From Candidatus Hydrogenedentota bacterium (GTDB lineage: Bacteria > Hydrogenedentota > Hydrogenedentia > Hydrogenedentales > SLHB01), in assembly GCA_963745075.1 (NCBI GenBank), contig CAVUWV010000030.1, positions 1 to 64,000 on the forward strand: a stretch of DNA of 64,000 bases, read 5' to 3'. The number at the start of each line of letters is the position of its first letter. Position 1 is the stretch's first letter. Under the pieces are notes generated by a model, which was not told the DNA's origin, searched no databases, and saw only the letters and a program-made list of their open reading frames with translations. Both the position numbers and the translations under genes were made by a program. Below, in pieces: positions 28,937 to 39,491 of the stretch.

Positions 28937-30133
28937 CTACGCCTCGCGATCGAAGCTGGGAACCGGCAATTGCTCTCCCCCACGCTTGGACGACTCGTGG
29001 GCCACCATCCCCGGGACGCAAAAGGCGAGCGCTTCGTAGAGATCGATGACGGGTTCGCGGTCCTCGACGAGGGCCATGATGAATTCGTTGGTGAGGAACG
29101 GATGGGACCGGCCGTGGCCGCTGTCCTGCCGCATGGCCTCGGGCACCATGTGCCAGTAGTCCGGTAATACGTCCTCCCCGCTTTCCGGTAAACGCAACGC
29201 GAAGGGCTGGCCGCCGGAACCTGGCATGTAGAGGACGCCTTCGGTGCCGAACCATTGGGCGCGCTCGCCGTGGGCGTGGAGCTTCCACCCCACGTTGCAC
29301 CGGAACGGTTTGCCGGATTGCGTGACAAACATAGCGGTCTCGTTCCAGAAGGGGTTGTTGTAGTCGTTGTCTTTGAGCGCCGGTTCATCGTCGCCCCAAC
29401 CGACGGAAGAAACGCGGGTCAGCCGCTCGCCCGTGACGCCCACCAGAAACGCCGTGGAATGGGTCGGGTACAACATGGGCGCGAACCCGTAACGCCAGGT
29501 CCGCTCGCCGTTGAGGTACCAGAGCGATTTCCGTTCGGCATCGTTCATGGGGTGATAGTACTCGGCCTCGGTATAGACCAGTTCGCCGAACAGTCCATCC
29601 TGATGCAAGCGCCGGGCGGTGATGGTTTCCCACCGGTAGTAGCTGGTTTCCGCGCTCATGTAGCGAAGGCCCGTGCGCTCCTTCACCTCCTTCAGCCTGG
29701 CGGCGTCCTCCAACGTCATGCACGCCGGGCATGCGGAGATCACGTGTTTGCCGGCTTCCATACAGGCGATGACGTGGCGCGGATGATCGGGTGCGCCGGT
29801 GAAGACGGCAACGGCCTCGATGTCAGGGTCGAGGATGAGTTTTTCGAGGGACTCGTAGGACTTCTCGCAGCCGTAGGTTTTCATGAGGTGATCGCGACGC
29901 TCCGGAATGAGGTCGCTGACGGCCGCCACTTCGCAATTGGGGTGCTGATGCCAGTGGAACATCGCGCCGAACCTCCCGCCGACAACCCCAATACGGATCT
30001 TCCGATCGGAGGTCTGGGACCATTCCAGCCCATCAGCGAGGACAGACTGCACGGCCAGCGGCGCGGCGAACGAGGCGCCGGCGGCGATGAGACTGGCGCG
30101 CTGGAGGAACGAGCGGCGGGAAAGGCTAAGCAT
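28937..30133 (-). CDS. Tat-exported Gfo/Idh/MocA-family oxidoreductase
   Basis: SRRSFLQ Tat motif; IRIGVVGG, AGKHVISACPA, YPTHS and SGHGRSHPFL motifs. Confidence 0.88.
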   Translation of the reverse strand: MLSLSRRSFLQRASLIAAGASFAAPLAVQSVLADGLEWSQTSDRKIRIGVVGGRFGAMFHWHQHPNCEVAAVSDLIPERRDHLMKTYGCEKSYESLEKLILDPDIEAVAVFTGAPDHPRHVIACMEAGKHVISACPACMTLEDAARLKEVKERTGLRYMSAETSYYRWETITARRLHQDGLFGELVYTEAEYYHPMNDAERKSLWYLNGERTWRYGFAPMLYPTHSTAFLVGVTGERLTRVSSVGWGDDEPALKDNDYNNPFWNETAMFVTQSGKPFRCNVGWKLHAHGERAQWFGTEGVLYMPGSGGQPFALRLPESGEDVLPDYWHMVPEAMRQDSGHGRSHPFLTNEFIMALVEDREPVIDLYEALAFCVPGMVAHESSKRGGEQLPVPSFDREA

Positions 30134-30382
30134 ACTTTTTACTCCCAGTGATGTCATACGTTTCGGCATTCGAACTAACCACCTCGTCAGCGTTGGAAGC
30201 AATTTGAACCCTGAGGACTGAATATTGCAAGGATTCATCCTTTTAAGTCATGCATACTGCGTGCGGTAAATGGCAGTTTCCCTAGATAATGGGAGCCAAC
30301 TTCCATTTGCAGGAATTGGGGATAAGGTTGTTATTCACTGAAATTGCGAAAAGTATAGAATACTATAAACTAAACAATTTTG

Positions 30383-30411
30383 TTGATGTCATCGGGATTT
30401 TCGGGTATACT
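30383..30411 (+). promoter_or_regulatory. Putative sigma70 promoter of MCP 1
   Basis: TTGATG-N17-TATACT; same position as the promoter at 33276-33304. Confidence 0.5.
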
Positions 30412-30551
30412 GTCTTGTGATTCGATAAAATTGCCGTGCTTTTGCGGAATTTTCAGACAGCGGGGCTCTTGGCCGTACTTTTTCCCGTGTCATAGGGGGA
30501 TTCTGTACTCGACGACCGGAGCCGCAACGTGAGAAGGGGAGGATTGACAAC

Positions 30552-32720
30552 ATGAGTCGTAATCGCTCACTGGGGTTCAAGATTATTGCAGGTTACGTTT
30601 TAATCATGCTTTTCGTAGGTATAACGGGGATAGCGGGCTACGTGGGGATTAGGCAATTAACTACGCAGATGCACCACGTGGGAGATGAGGAGGTCCCGCT
30701 TCTGGAAGCGGCAAACGGGTTGAAGTATCAAGTCCAGGCGAGCGTGGGTCGGATGGAGGAATTGCGGTCTGCGACGGCCGTGATCGCGATCGCACAGACC
30801 GACAAGGTGGACGCGATCGAGTCGGAGTACCAGAAGGCGGCAGACGCGTTTGAGACCTACCTTTCGGCGGCACAGGAGGGCGGTCAGATCGAGGGTGGCC
30901 TTACGGTCGTCAAGACGGATGACACCGAGTTACTTGATCTATTGGCGCGCGGAGATAAACTGCACAATGACGAGTTCGGTCCTGCGGCTGAAGAGATTGT
31001 GGAGCACGCCCGGGAACTTGTAGCGGCCAAGAAGGCGGCTGATGCTGGCATGGAGGAGCAAGACCAGCAGTTTGATCTCTTTGTAAAGGCGTTGGATGCC
31101 ATGGAGCAGAGGATTCTCGGCATCTTTGTGAAGGACAAAGATGCCGCTACTACGGTGGAAGAACTCCGGAAGGTCACCGACCAAGATACTCCGTTAATCG
31201 ACGCGGTGATGGACATGCGGCTGGCAGTTGCGATGGGCCGAGTACGGATCGAGGAACTCGCACAGTCGACTGATCGGGAAAGTACCAATGAGGGGAAACA
31301 GCGATTCGATGAGGAAATGGCACGCTTCGACCAAGTGAGTAACGCTCTACGCAGGGGTGGCGAAATTGGCGAGGTTACTGTCGAGCCGATTAAGGACAAT
31401 GAACTCCTGGGGCTTCTTGATGCGTGTGATGCAGCGCACGACGGCTATTTAGAAAAGGCGAACGCCCTGATGGAGGGCCAACTGGGGCTGATCGATACCG
31501 CCGACGCCGCTAAGGCCGCGGCCGTACGATTGGCCAAGGCCGGGGATGATATCCAGAATTTGTTCAAGGAATCGGCGCAGATGGCGCGGGACGAAGTGGA
31601 AAGTGCACAGGTAGCTGGTGAATCTGCGGCCGCTCGCGCAACCACCACGATGATTATTATCGTGCTCGTTTCGGTCGTGTTGGGCATCTTGATTGGCGTA
31701 TTGGTGACTCGATCGATTACGAAGCCGATCAACGCCATTATCGAAGGACTCCGCGGTGGAGCGTCCCAGGTAACTGCGGCGTCGCAGCAGGTGGCGGAAT
31801 CGAGTCAGTCGATGGCGGAAGGCGCCAGCGAGCAAGCGTCGTCGCTGGAAGAGACCTCGGCATCGTTGGAAGAGATGGCGTCCATGACCCGGCAAAATGC
31901 CGACAATGCGCGCCAGGCGAACACGATGACTGCGGAAGCCAGTGAAGCGGCGGGTTCCGGCGAAAAGGCTATGGAACGGATGTCCGACGCGATTAACAAG
32001 ATCAAGACATCGTCGGACAAGACGGCCAAGATCATCAAGACCATCGACGAGATCGCCTTCCAAACGAATCTCCTGGCGTTGAACGCAGCGGTTGAAGCGG
32101 CCCGTGCGGGCGAGGCCGGAAAAGGGTTTGCGGTGGTGGCCGAGGAAGTACGGAATCTCGCACAACGAAGTGCTGAGGCCGCGCGCGACACATCGGCGCT
32201 CATCGAGGAATCGCAACAGAACGCGGATGGCGGCGTAGAAGTCAGCGCCGAAGTGGCCTCGATTTTGAGTTCCATCGGCGCCGGCGTACAGAAGGTGAAC
32301 CAGCTCGTCAGCGAAGTTGCCGCGGGAAGTTCCGAGCAATCGCAGGGCATCGAACAGATCAATCTCGCGGTCGCACAGATGGATCAGGTGACGCAATCCA
32401 ACGCCGCCAATTCCGAAGAGGCGGCCGCCGCTAGCGAGGAGTTGTCGGCGCAGGCGCGGGAGTTGAACGACATGGTGGCGGTATTGACCGCCCTGGTATC
32501 CGGCGGAAACGCCAGCCAGGTGGACAGCGTTTCACCGCCGCCTCGACGTGGGGCCCGCAAAGCGGCGCAACCGCCCGTCGAGCGGCGTAAGGTGGCCGTA
32601 CACCATCCGGCCTTAACGGCTCCGGCCCACCGCGACGGTTCGAATGGTAAGAAGCCCGAAAAGGTAACGTCGCCGGAAGAGATTATTCCGTTGGACGACG
32701 CGGATTTGGCAGACTTCTAA
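30552..32720 (+). CDS. Methyl-accepting chemotaxis protein 1
   Basis: Two TM helices; [38 protein letters not shown]-terminal ...DLADF. Confidence 0.96.
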   Translation: MSRNRSLGFKIIAGYVLIMLFVGITGIAGYVGIRQLTTQMHHVGDEEVPLLEAANGLKYQVQASVGRMEELRSATAVIAIAQTDKVDAIESEYQKAADAFETYLSAAQEGGQIEGGLTVVKTDDTELLDLLARGDKLHNDEFGPAAEEIVEHARELVAAKKAADAGMEEQDQQFDLFVKALDAMEQRILGIFVKDKDAATTVEELRKVTDQDTPLIDAVMDMRLAVAMGRVRIEELAQSTDRESTNEGKQRFDEEMARFDQVSNALRRGGEIGEVTVEPIKDNELLGLLDACDAAHDGYLEKANALMEGQLGLIDTADAAKAAAVRLAKAGDDIQNLFKESAQMARDEVESAQVAGESAAARATTTMIIIVLVSVVLGILIGVLVTRSITKPINAIIEGLRGGASQVTAASQQVAESSQSMAEGASEQASSLEETSASLEEMASMTRQNADNARQANTMTAEASEAAGSGEKAMERMSDAINKIKTSSDKTAKIIKTIDEIAFQTNLLALNAAVEAARAGEAGKGFAVVAEEVRNLAQRSAEAARDTSALIEESQQNADGGVEVSAEVASILSSIGAGVQKVNQLVSEVAAGSSEQSQGIEQINLAVAQMDQVTQSNAANSEEAAAASEELSAQARELNDMVAVLTALVSGGNASQVDSVSPPPRRGARKAAQPPVERRKVAVHHPALTAPAHRDGSNGKKPEKVTSPEEIIPLDDADLADF

Positions 32721-32820
32721 GCGCACCGCGATTATGCAACGACCCCAGAGAATCTGCTCGCATGCACGGTAGCCGGAACGCAGCACCGTGCATGTGAGCA
32801 GCGTCTCGGTGATTCTCGGG

Positions 32821-33031
32821 CCCGGAAATCTCACACACACCAAACGTTGGATCGGTAACCCCAACCCGCTCTAGGTCTTCACATGTAGGTGCGTGCTTTT
32901 TGGGTTGACAGAGTGCGTGTGAGAATTCGCTCAACCACGCCCACGGTGTGGCCGTATTTCTCGAAAGCAATTCTCACCGCACCCAAGGTGCCGGTCTGCA
33001 AGACAACGTCGTTCCGGTGGTGAGAAATTCG
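32821..33031 (+). repeat. ~200-bp dispersed structured repeat, copy B
   Basis: Shares gtaaccccaa, cttcac, ttgggtt, agagtgcgtgtgagaattc, tttctcgaaagca.ttctcacc and ggtgagaaat with copy A, in the same order. Confidence 0.8.
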
Positions 33032-33275
33032 CCTAGGCAGGTAGATTAGGGGCTGTCTACCTTCGATCCTACTAAGAACTTCTACCAAAAACCAAGTCGT
33101 CAGATTGTGGTGCAGCCATCCTGGCTGCTTTTGGCTGATGGAGAAGGCAGGCAAGAATGCCCGCACCACAATGGCTCGGACAGGTATGTTTTTTGTTAAA
33201 AGTTTTAAGTCAGGAGAAGGTTCTATGTTGCAAAATAAGCGAAAAACCATTAATAGTATTAAACGAAAAATAGGC

Positions 33276-33304
33276 TTGAATTAGCTGGAATTCTCATATA
33301 TATT
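33276..33304 (+). promoter_or_regulatory. Putative sigma70 promoter of MCP 2
   Basis: TTGAAT-N17-TATATT with an AT-rich upstream region. Confidence 0.5.
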
Positions 33305-33445
33305 AGGAGCAGAATTCGATAAAATGCTGCAAGTATGCGGGTTTTACGGTTCAGGGGGCTTTTGGCCGTGTTCTCTTCCTGCGTCGATAGGGGGTCCTAT
33401 TGTCGACGACCAAGGCCGTAACGTGAGATAAGGAGAGAAGTTATC

Positions 33446-35617
33446 ATGTTTCACAATCGATCGCTGGGGTTTAAGATAGTCAGTGGATACATCTTGATAA
33501 TCTTATTCGTTGGTATTACAGGAGTTACGGGGTACTTGGGGATCCGGCAATTGGCGGCTCAGTTGCACCGTGTGGGGGATGAGGAGGCCCCCCTTCTGGA
33601 GGCGGCGGACGGATTGAAGTTCCAGATTCAGGCGAGCGTACGGCGGATGGAAGAGTTGCGATCGGCGTCAGCGGTCATCGCGATAGCGCAACCGGAGAAA
33701 ATAGACGAAATCGAGTCGGAATATCAGAATGCGGCGGATGCCTTCGAGTCCGATCTGGCGGCGGCACGGGAGGGCGGTCAAACCGCGGACGGTATAACGG
33801 TGATCAAGACGGATGACACGGAATTGCTCGGTCTGTTAGCGCAGGGCGACAAGTTGCACAACGACGAGTTTGGCCCTGCGGCGGAGCAGATTATCGAACA
33901 TTCCAAGGAACTTGTCGCGGCCAAGCAAGAGTCGGACGCCGGGATGGAGAAGCAGGACGAGCAATTCGCGGTCATGATGAAGTCCCTGGACGACATGGAG
34001 GGGAAGATCCTGGATGGGTTTGTGCGGGACAAGAACGCCGCGACCACGTTGGAAGAACTCCGGACCGTGACGGATCGGGATACTCCGCTCATTGATGCCG
34101 TGATGGACATGCGGCTTGCGGTTGCCATGAGCCGGATTCGCCTGGAAGAACTTGCACAAACGACGGACCTGAAAGCCGTGGACGAAGGACAGCAAGGCTT
34201 TGAAGAACAGAAGAACAACTTTGACGCGGTGACCGAAGTCCTCCGGGAAGGCGGCCAGCGTGGCGAGGTAACGGTCGAACCGGTTCGCGACAGCGAGTTG
34301 CTGGGGCTTCTCGACGCATGCGACACCGCCCACGATGTGTATATGGGTCAAGCGGATGCGATGATCGCGGATCAGCGGTCGTTGATTGGAACGGCCAGCG
34401 CCGCTCGGGAAGCGGCCCAACGCCTGGCCACGGCCGGGGACGACATCCAGAAGCTTTTCGGGCAGTCGGCTGAGATGTCGCGCGGTGAAATGGACAATGC
34501 GCGGGAGGCGGGTGAATCGGCAGCGGCCCGGGCCACGACGATCATGACGATCATAATCCTTCTTTCCGCGGTAATCGGGTTAGCGGTCGGTGTGTTGTTA
34601 ACGTACTCGATCACCAAGCCTGTCAATCGGATCATCGACGGCCTCAGCTTTGGGGCGGACCAGGTGAATGCGGCTTCACAGCAGGTTGCGGCGGCAAGCC
34701 AGTCCATGGCGGAAGGCGCCAGCGAGCAGGCGTCTTCGCTGGAAGAAACGTCCGCGTCGTTGGAGGAGATGGCATCCATGACGCGGCAGAATGCGGATAA
34801 CGCACGCCAAGCAAACACGATGACGGAGAACGCCAGTCAGGCGGCGTCCAAGGGTGGTCAGGCGATGGGTCGGATGTCCGAAGCCATTTCCAAGATTAAG
34901 GAGTCGTCGGATCAAACCGCGAAGATCATCAAGACGATCGATGAGATCGCCTTCCAGACCAACCTTCTGGCCCTGAACGCGGCGGTCGAGGCGGCGCGGG
35001 CCGGTGAAGCGGGCAAGGGTTTTGCGGTAGTGGCGGAAGAAGTCCGCAGTCTGGCGCAGCGCAGCGCGCAGGCGGCAAAGGATACGTCGGAACTGATCGA
35101 GGGTTCGCAGCGCAACGCCGACAACGGGGTCGAGGTGAGCCAGGAGGTCGCGTCCATATTGGGGGCCATTTCGGAATCGGTTCAAAAGGTCAACCAGTTG
35201 GTAAGCGAAGTCGCCGCGGGCAGCAACGAACAGGCGCAGGGCATCGATCAGATCAATGTGGCGATGTCGCAAATGGACAAGGTGACGCAGTCCAGCGCGG
35301 CCAACTCCGAGGAAGCTGCGGCAGCGAGCGAAGAATTGTCTGGGCAAGCCAGCGAGTTGACGGACATGGTGCGGGATCTTACGCAGATTGTGTCCGGCGG
35401 CAACGGGACGAACGGACGGGCGGTAGCGACCAACGGCAAGCGCGCGTCGCACGCGGTAAAGACGCATGCCGCCGAGCAGGGGCGCCGTGTGACCGATCAT
35501 GCGCTCGCACTGGCGGCGCCGGAGCGGCACGGCCAATCCCGGAAACGGGATGCGGCCAAGGTGAAAACGCCGGAGGAAGTCATTCCACTGGACGATACGG
35601 ACTTGGCGGACTTCTAA
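33446..35617 (+). CDS. Methyl-accepting chemotaxis protein 2 (tandem paralog)
   Basis: Colinear with MCP 1 over its full length; same signalling hairpin; ends DLADF. Confidence 0.96.
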   Translation: MFHNRSLGFKIVSGYILIILFVGITGVTGYLGIRQLAAQLHRVGDEEAPLLEAADGLKFQIQASVRRMEELRSASAVIAIAQPEKIDEIESEYQNAADAFESDLAAAREGGQTADGITVIKTDDTELLGLLAQGDKLHNDEFGPAAEQIIEHSKELVAAKQESDAGMEKQDEQFAVMMKSLDDMEGKILDGFVRDKNAATTLEELRTVTDRDTPLIDAVMDMRLAVAMSRIRLEELAQTTDLKAVDEGQQGFEEQKNNFDAVTEVLREGGQRGEVTVEPVRDSELLGLLDACDTAHDVYMGQADAMIADQRSLIGTASAAREAAQRLATAGDDIQKLFGQSAEMSRGEMDNAREAGESAAARATTIMTIIILLSAVIGLAVGVLLTYSITKPVNRIIDGLSFGADQVNAASQQVAAASQSMAEGASEQASSLEETSASLEEMASMTRQNADNARQANTMTENASQAASKGGQAMGRMSEAISKIKESSDQTAKIIKTIDEIAFQTNLLALNAAVEAARAGEAGKGFAVVAEEVRSLAQRSAQAAKDTSELIEGSQRNADNGVEVSQEVASILGAISESVQKVNQLVSEVAAGSNEQAQGIDQINVAMSQMDKVTQSSAANSEEAAAASEELSGQASELTDMVRDLTQIVSGGNGTNGRAVATNGKRASHAVKTHAAEQGRRVTDHALALAAPERHGQSRKRDAAKVKTPEEVIPLDDTDLADF

Positions 35618-35654
35618 TATGTCCATTACCTGTGTATTCTACTAACGGGGTTTT

Positions 35655-35682
35655 CCGCCGCCGGATGCGGATCCGGCGGCGG
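35655..35682. terminator. Perfect 12-bp hairpin after MCP 2
   Basis: ccgccgccggat-gcgg-atccggcggcgg; no clear U tract on the + strand. Confidence 0.45.
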
Positions 35683-35733
35683 GAATCGACCGCGATAACG
35701 AGTGGGAAGTGTGAATTACGCGGAGGGGAGACC

Positions 35734-37407
35734 ATGCGGAGTATCACAGGGATTGTTTTGTTCGGCATCATTGCGGCGGGTTTTTCGGGGGTGGCGGTTG
35801 CGGATCTGCAGAACGTGACCGTCGGGGGCAAGCTGGAGATCTATGGGGCGTGGTATTCGGAATTCTTCGAGCCCAATGACGGCCAGATTCGGATACCGGA
35901 TTTCTTTCTGCCCGGCCGTCCGATCGGTCCGAATGGGACGGCGTCGGTCATTCGTTCCGGGGGCAGCGGCAACGAGCTAAGCTTTTTCGAGCAGCGGACG
36001 CGACTATCCGTGGACGCGGATTTCACGAACAACGTGCGCGGGTTTATCGAGTTCGATTCGATCGATACCTGGGGTGAAGATTTTCGGAGCGACTATTTGA
36101 CCGGGGCCGACGGCCGCGCCTTTACCGGCGACGATCTCGAGTTGTATCAGGCGTTCATCGACGTGGACGGGATGTTTGGCCGTCCGTTGCGTTTGCGCAT
36201 TGGCCGGCAGGAATTGGAGTTTGGTTCGGGCTGGCTCGTCGGCGCCGATCCGGGGCCGGACCCGTTTGTGGGGCTATCGTTCGACGCGATCCGTCTGGAT
36301 TACACGCTTGACGAAATCCAGGTTACGGGGTGGTGGGCGAAAGTTGCTGAGCGGGGTATTCGGGAGCAGGATGGGGACACGGACTTCATGGGGGTGTATC
36401 TGACCTTCAGCGAATCCGGCGATGCGCCTACGCAAAGTGGCTTGCGGTTGGAGGAAACCATCTTCCCCATCCACATGCTGTATCACACCATGCGGCACGG
36501 TCCGATGCGCGGGCGATTGGCGCATCCGACTGAAGAAGTGACGTTCGACTTGTACTGGATGTATCTCCGCGATGGGGCTTCGCAGAATGATACGAACTTC
36601 ATCGCGCCCATCGAGTGGTTGGAGGATGTGTTCCGGCTGGACGACTATGACGTGACCAACCTGCACACGGTGGGCGCGCGTGGCGCCGGAAATGTGAACC
36701 GGTTCGACTGGGAGTTGGAAGCCGCGTACCAATGGGGTGATGCGGACTCGGTGGGCGCGCTGTTCCTTCCGAACGGGCAAATCTATGGCGACGATGGCGC
36801 GTCGTGGAATGCCTGGGGCGGTCATACGGAGATAGGCTATACCGTTGACGGGGAATTGCAGATTCGGCCGTTCCTGGGCGCGGCGTACTACGGCGGCGAA
36901 GATAATCGGGACCTGTCGTTCCGGGAATGGATCAACCCTTTCTACCGGTCGGACGCGAGCGTGTCATTCAACCGGCTGTATTCGTCGTGGCGGGAAGACT
37001 CGTTTATCGACGCGTCGGCCATGACAAACTTCTGGAAAGCTTACGCAGGGTTCACGATGACGCCCACGCCGGCCATCGAACTTGGCGGGTCGGCGGTATA
37101 CCTGGAGACGCTGGAGCCTTTCGACCGGCCGGCAACGTTCAGCGTGGGCGATTGGCAGGTGCCGTTGGCGCCCGCGCTGGCCTTCTGGACCGACCAGGGC
37201 TCTAATGAGCTCGGCTGGCAGACCAACTTGTGGCTGGTCTACAACTATACCGAGGACCTTTCCTTTGAAGTGGGCTGGAGTCATTACTTTGTCGGTGAAG
37301 GCATCGACGATGGTGCATTCATTGACGAGAATGGTTTGACCTTCATTGGCGGACAAGACAAGAACGACGCGGATTATGTGTATTTTCTGACGACGCTGGA
37401 GTTCTAG
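35734..37407 (+). CDS. Outer-membrane beta-barrel, alginate-export (AlgE-like) family
   Basis: Signal peptide; FEQRTRL, ELYQAFID, LRIGRQELEFGSGWLVG and FDAIRL motifs; terminal Phe. Confidence 0.8.
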   Translation: MRSITGIVLFGIIAAGFSGVAVADLQNVTVGGKLEIYGAWYSEFFEPNDGQIRIPDFFLPGRPIGPNGTASVIRSGGSGNELSFFEQRTRLSVDADFTNNVRGFIEFDSIDTWGEDFRSDYLTGADGRAFTGDDLELYQAFIDVDGMFGRPLRLRIGRQELEFGSGWLVGADPGPDPFVGLSFDAIRLDYTLDEIQVTGWWAKVAERGIREQDGDTDFMGVYLTFSESGDAPTQSGLRLEETIFPIHMLYHTMRHGPMRGRLAHPTEEVTFDLYWMYLRDGASQNDTNFIAPIEWLEDVFRLDDYDVTNLHTVGARGAGNVNRFDWELEAAYQWGDADSVGALFLPNGQIYGDDGASWNAWGGHTEIGYTVDGELQIRPFLGAAYYGGEDNRDLSFREWINPFYRSDASVSFNRLYSSWREDSFIDASAMTNFWKAYAGFTMTPTPAIELGGSAVYLETLEPFDRPATFSVGDWQVPLAPALAFWTDQGSNELGWQTNLWLVYNYTEDLSFEVGWSHYFVGEGIDDGAFIDENGLTFIGGQDKNDADYVYFLTTLEF

Positions 37408-37429
37408 GATCTGGCCTTGAACGCTGGAT

Positions 37430-37471
37430 GACCCCGTCGTGGCAGTCACGCTGCGACGGGGTTGTTCTTTT
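37430..37471 (+). terminator. Rho-independent terminator
   Basis: accccgtcgtggc ... gctgcgacggggt followed by tgttctttt. Confidence 0.65.
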
Positions 37472-37525
37472 GCGATTACGATGGGAAGATCGCAGGACTG
37501 GCGGGGCAATTCCGCTTGATGGTGT

Positions 37526-37924
37526 TTACGCGGATGGCGTGAGCTGGATCCAGACTTTTCGGGTGCGGGGGCCGTCGAATTCGCAGAAGTAGATGGACTG
37601 CCAGGTGCCGAATTGGAGTTTGCCGTTGCGGATGAGGACTTGCTGGCTGAAGCCCATCATGCTGGCTTTGACGTGGGCGGCGGCATTGCCTTCGGCGTGG
37701 GCGTAGCCCCCCTCCCAGGGCACGTTGCGTTCGAGAATCATCTTCATGTCGCGTACCACGTCGGGGTCGGCGTTTTCGTTGATGGTGATGCCGGCGGTGG
37801 TGTGCGGCACGAAGATGGTGCAGACGCCATCGCGCAGGCCGGAGTCGCTGACGACGCGCTGCACGTCGCGATCGATGTTGAGGAACTGGCAATGGTCGCG
37901 GGTGGAGATGGTGATTTCGTGCAT
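37526..37924 (-). CDS. yjbQ: YjbQ/UPF0047-family protein
   Basis: PHTTAGITINENADPDV, EGNAAAHVKAS and GTWQSIYFCEFDGPR motifs. Confidence 0.92.
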   Translation of the reverse strand: MHEITISTRDHCQFLNIDRDVQRVVSDSGLRDGVCTIFVPHTTAGITINENADPDVVRDMKMILERNVPWEGGYAHAEGNAAAHVKASMMGFSQQVLIRNGKLQFGTWQSIYFCEFDGPRTRKVWIQLTPSA

Positions 37925-38033
37925 GGTGTTGGTTCCCGGATTTTTGCGGCTGTGGATTAGCGGTAGTGTACCACGAAGAAGCGATCGGACGGATCGGGAA
38001 CATCAGGCTTTACCGTACGCCGGCGCAAATCGA

Positions 38034-39245
38034 TCAAATCCGGATGAAGATCTTCTTCTTGTACAGGAACCGCAGCAAGAGGAAGAGCAGCGCCATGGCG
38101 GTTACTGTCGTCAGGAGATCGCCATAGCGGCCGGCGGCGTTCTGGACGTGTCCCCCGACGAAGAGTTTGGCGAGGTCTTCGAATTCGACAAAGCGCACGG
38201 CAAGATACGCGGTCAGGGCGTTGGAGCCAATCCAGATGAAGGGCGTAGACCATTTCCGGAGTTTCCAGACATCGATGATCAGGTAGAACGAGCCGAGTAG
38301 GAGGAGACTGAAGCCGCCCGCGGCCAAGACGTAGGAGGAGGACCAGATCTTCTTGATGATCGGGAATTGATGCCCCCATAGAAAGCCTGCGGCGACGCAG
38401 ATAACACCGGCGGCAAGGAGGATACCGACCTTTTTGTATCCGGTCAGGGATCGGTTCTTGAGCAACAAGCCGGCGAACACCCCCAGCAGCGCCGAGGCGA
38501 CGGCCGGAATGCTGCTCAGCAGGCCTTCGGGGTCCCAGTAGGTGTCCCAGCGGCGGCCGGGCAGGTAGTGGTAGTCGATGTAGTTGGCCCAGTTGTTGCC
38601 CTGGTCGAAGGAAATGCCGCCGTGCCCCCAAGCGGGATTGACGGCCGTCAACGCGGGTTCGGCCGGAACGGGCACGAAGGAGAAGAAGGCCCAGTAGCCG
38701 ACGAGTATGGCCACGCACGCAATGACGAGGTAACGCAGCCGGAAGTTGAGGTAGAGAATGCCGGCGAAGAAGTAGCTGATGGCGATGCGTTGCAACACAC
38801 CGACGAATCGAAATTCAGGCCACAACTTTGACATGCCTCCGTAGTAAATGATGCCCAAGAGGTACAACAGGATGAATCGGCGGATAAGGCGCACGTGCGC
38901 TCGGGCCTTCCCTTCTTCCCGCACATGCTTGTCGAGGGAGAATGGAATCGCCACGCCCATGAGAAAGACGAATAGCGGAAAGATAATGTCGTAGAAGTGG
39001 AGTCCCCGCCATTCGACGTGGCTCAGTTGTGTGGCGAGAAAACCGGTAACGCCGGAATGACCGATCTCGCTGAGACTGTGTACGAGGTCGTCAGCGCCGA
39101 TGATCCAGAACATATCGAAACCACGCAGGGCATCGAGACTGATCAGCCGTTCGGTGATTCCGGGAACGTCAACGTCCGGGACCGGCAGTTCGTCGGGCGT
39201 AATTGGATCAAGGGGAGTGCTGTATTCGGGTGTCGTATCGGTCAT
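38034..39245 (-). CDS. HGSNAT/NagX-like (DUF5009) membrane acyltransferase
   Basis: RLISLDALRGFDM, DIIFPLFVFLMG, GVLQRIA, DPEGLLSSIP and PIIKKIWSSSY motifs. Confidence 0.88.
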   Translation of the reverse strand: MTDTTPEYSTPLDPITPDELPVPDVDVPGITERLISLDALRGFDMFWIIGADDLVHSLSEIGHSGVTGFLATQLSHVEWRGLHFYDIIFPLFVFLMGVAIPFSLDKHVREEGKARAHVRLIRRFILLYLLGIIYYGGMSKLWPEFRFVGVLQRIAISYFFAGILYLNFRLRYLVIACVAILVGYWAFFSFVPVPAEPALTAVNPAWGHGGISFDQGNNWANYIDYHYLPGRRWDTYWDPEGLLSSIPAVASALLGVFAGLLLKNRSLTGYKKVGILLAAGVICVAAGFLWGHQFPIIKKIWSSSYVLAAGGFSLLLLGSFYLIIDVWKLRKWSTPFIWIGSNALTAYLAVRFVEFEDLAKLFVGGHVQNAAGRYGDLLTTVTAMALLFLLLRFLYKKKIFIRI

Positions 39246-39383
39246 GGGTTGTCGGTACCTTCCAATTGATCATCGGGACTTGCTGGTTGGAACTATCCAA
39301 GTCGATGGGCGATGAATTCGCAGCACTATAATGAGGGGCGGGGGCAAGGTCAACTTGGGGGGATAAAAGATCGAACGAAGAAT

Positions 39384-39418
39384 CGATTACGATTACGAAG
39401 CACGATAACGATTACGAG
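39384..39418 (+). repeat. Degenerate hexamer repeat (cgatta-type)
   Basis: cgatta cgatta cgaagca cgataa cgatta cgag. Confidence 0.6.
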
Positions 39419-39491
39419 GGGGAGAAGGTAATCGCATTCGATCTGGAGCAACGGGTCGATCTCCGCGGAATCGCCCTCCCCCAGTCCGCCG

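Noticed and set aside
30412..30551. c-di-GMP riboswitch or sigma28 promoter ahead of the MCPs
   Set aside because: No GAAA/GCAAA c-di-GMP-I signature was seen. ttcgataa resembles a FliA -10, but no TAAA sits at the right spacing in either copy.
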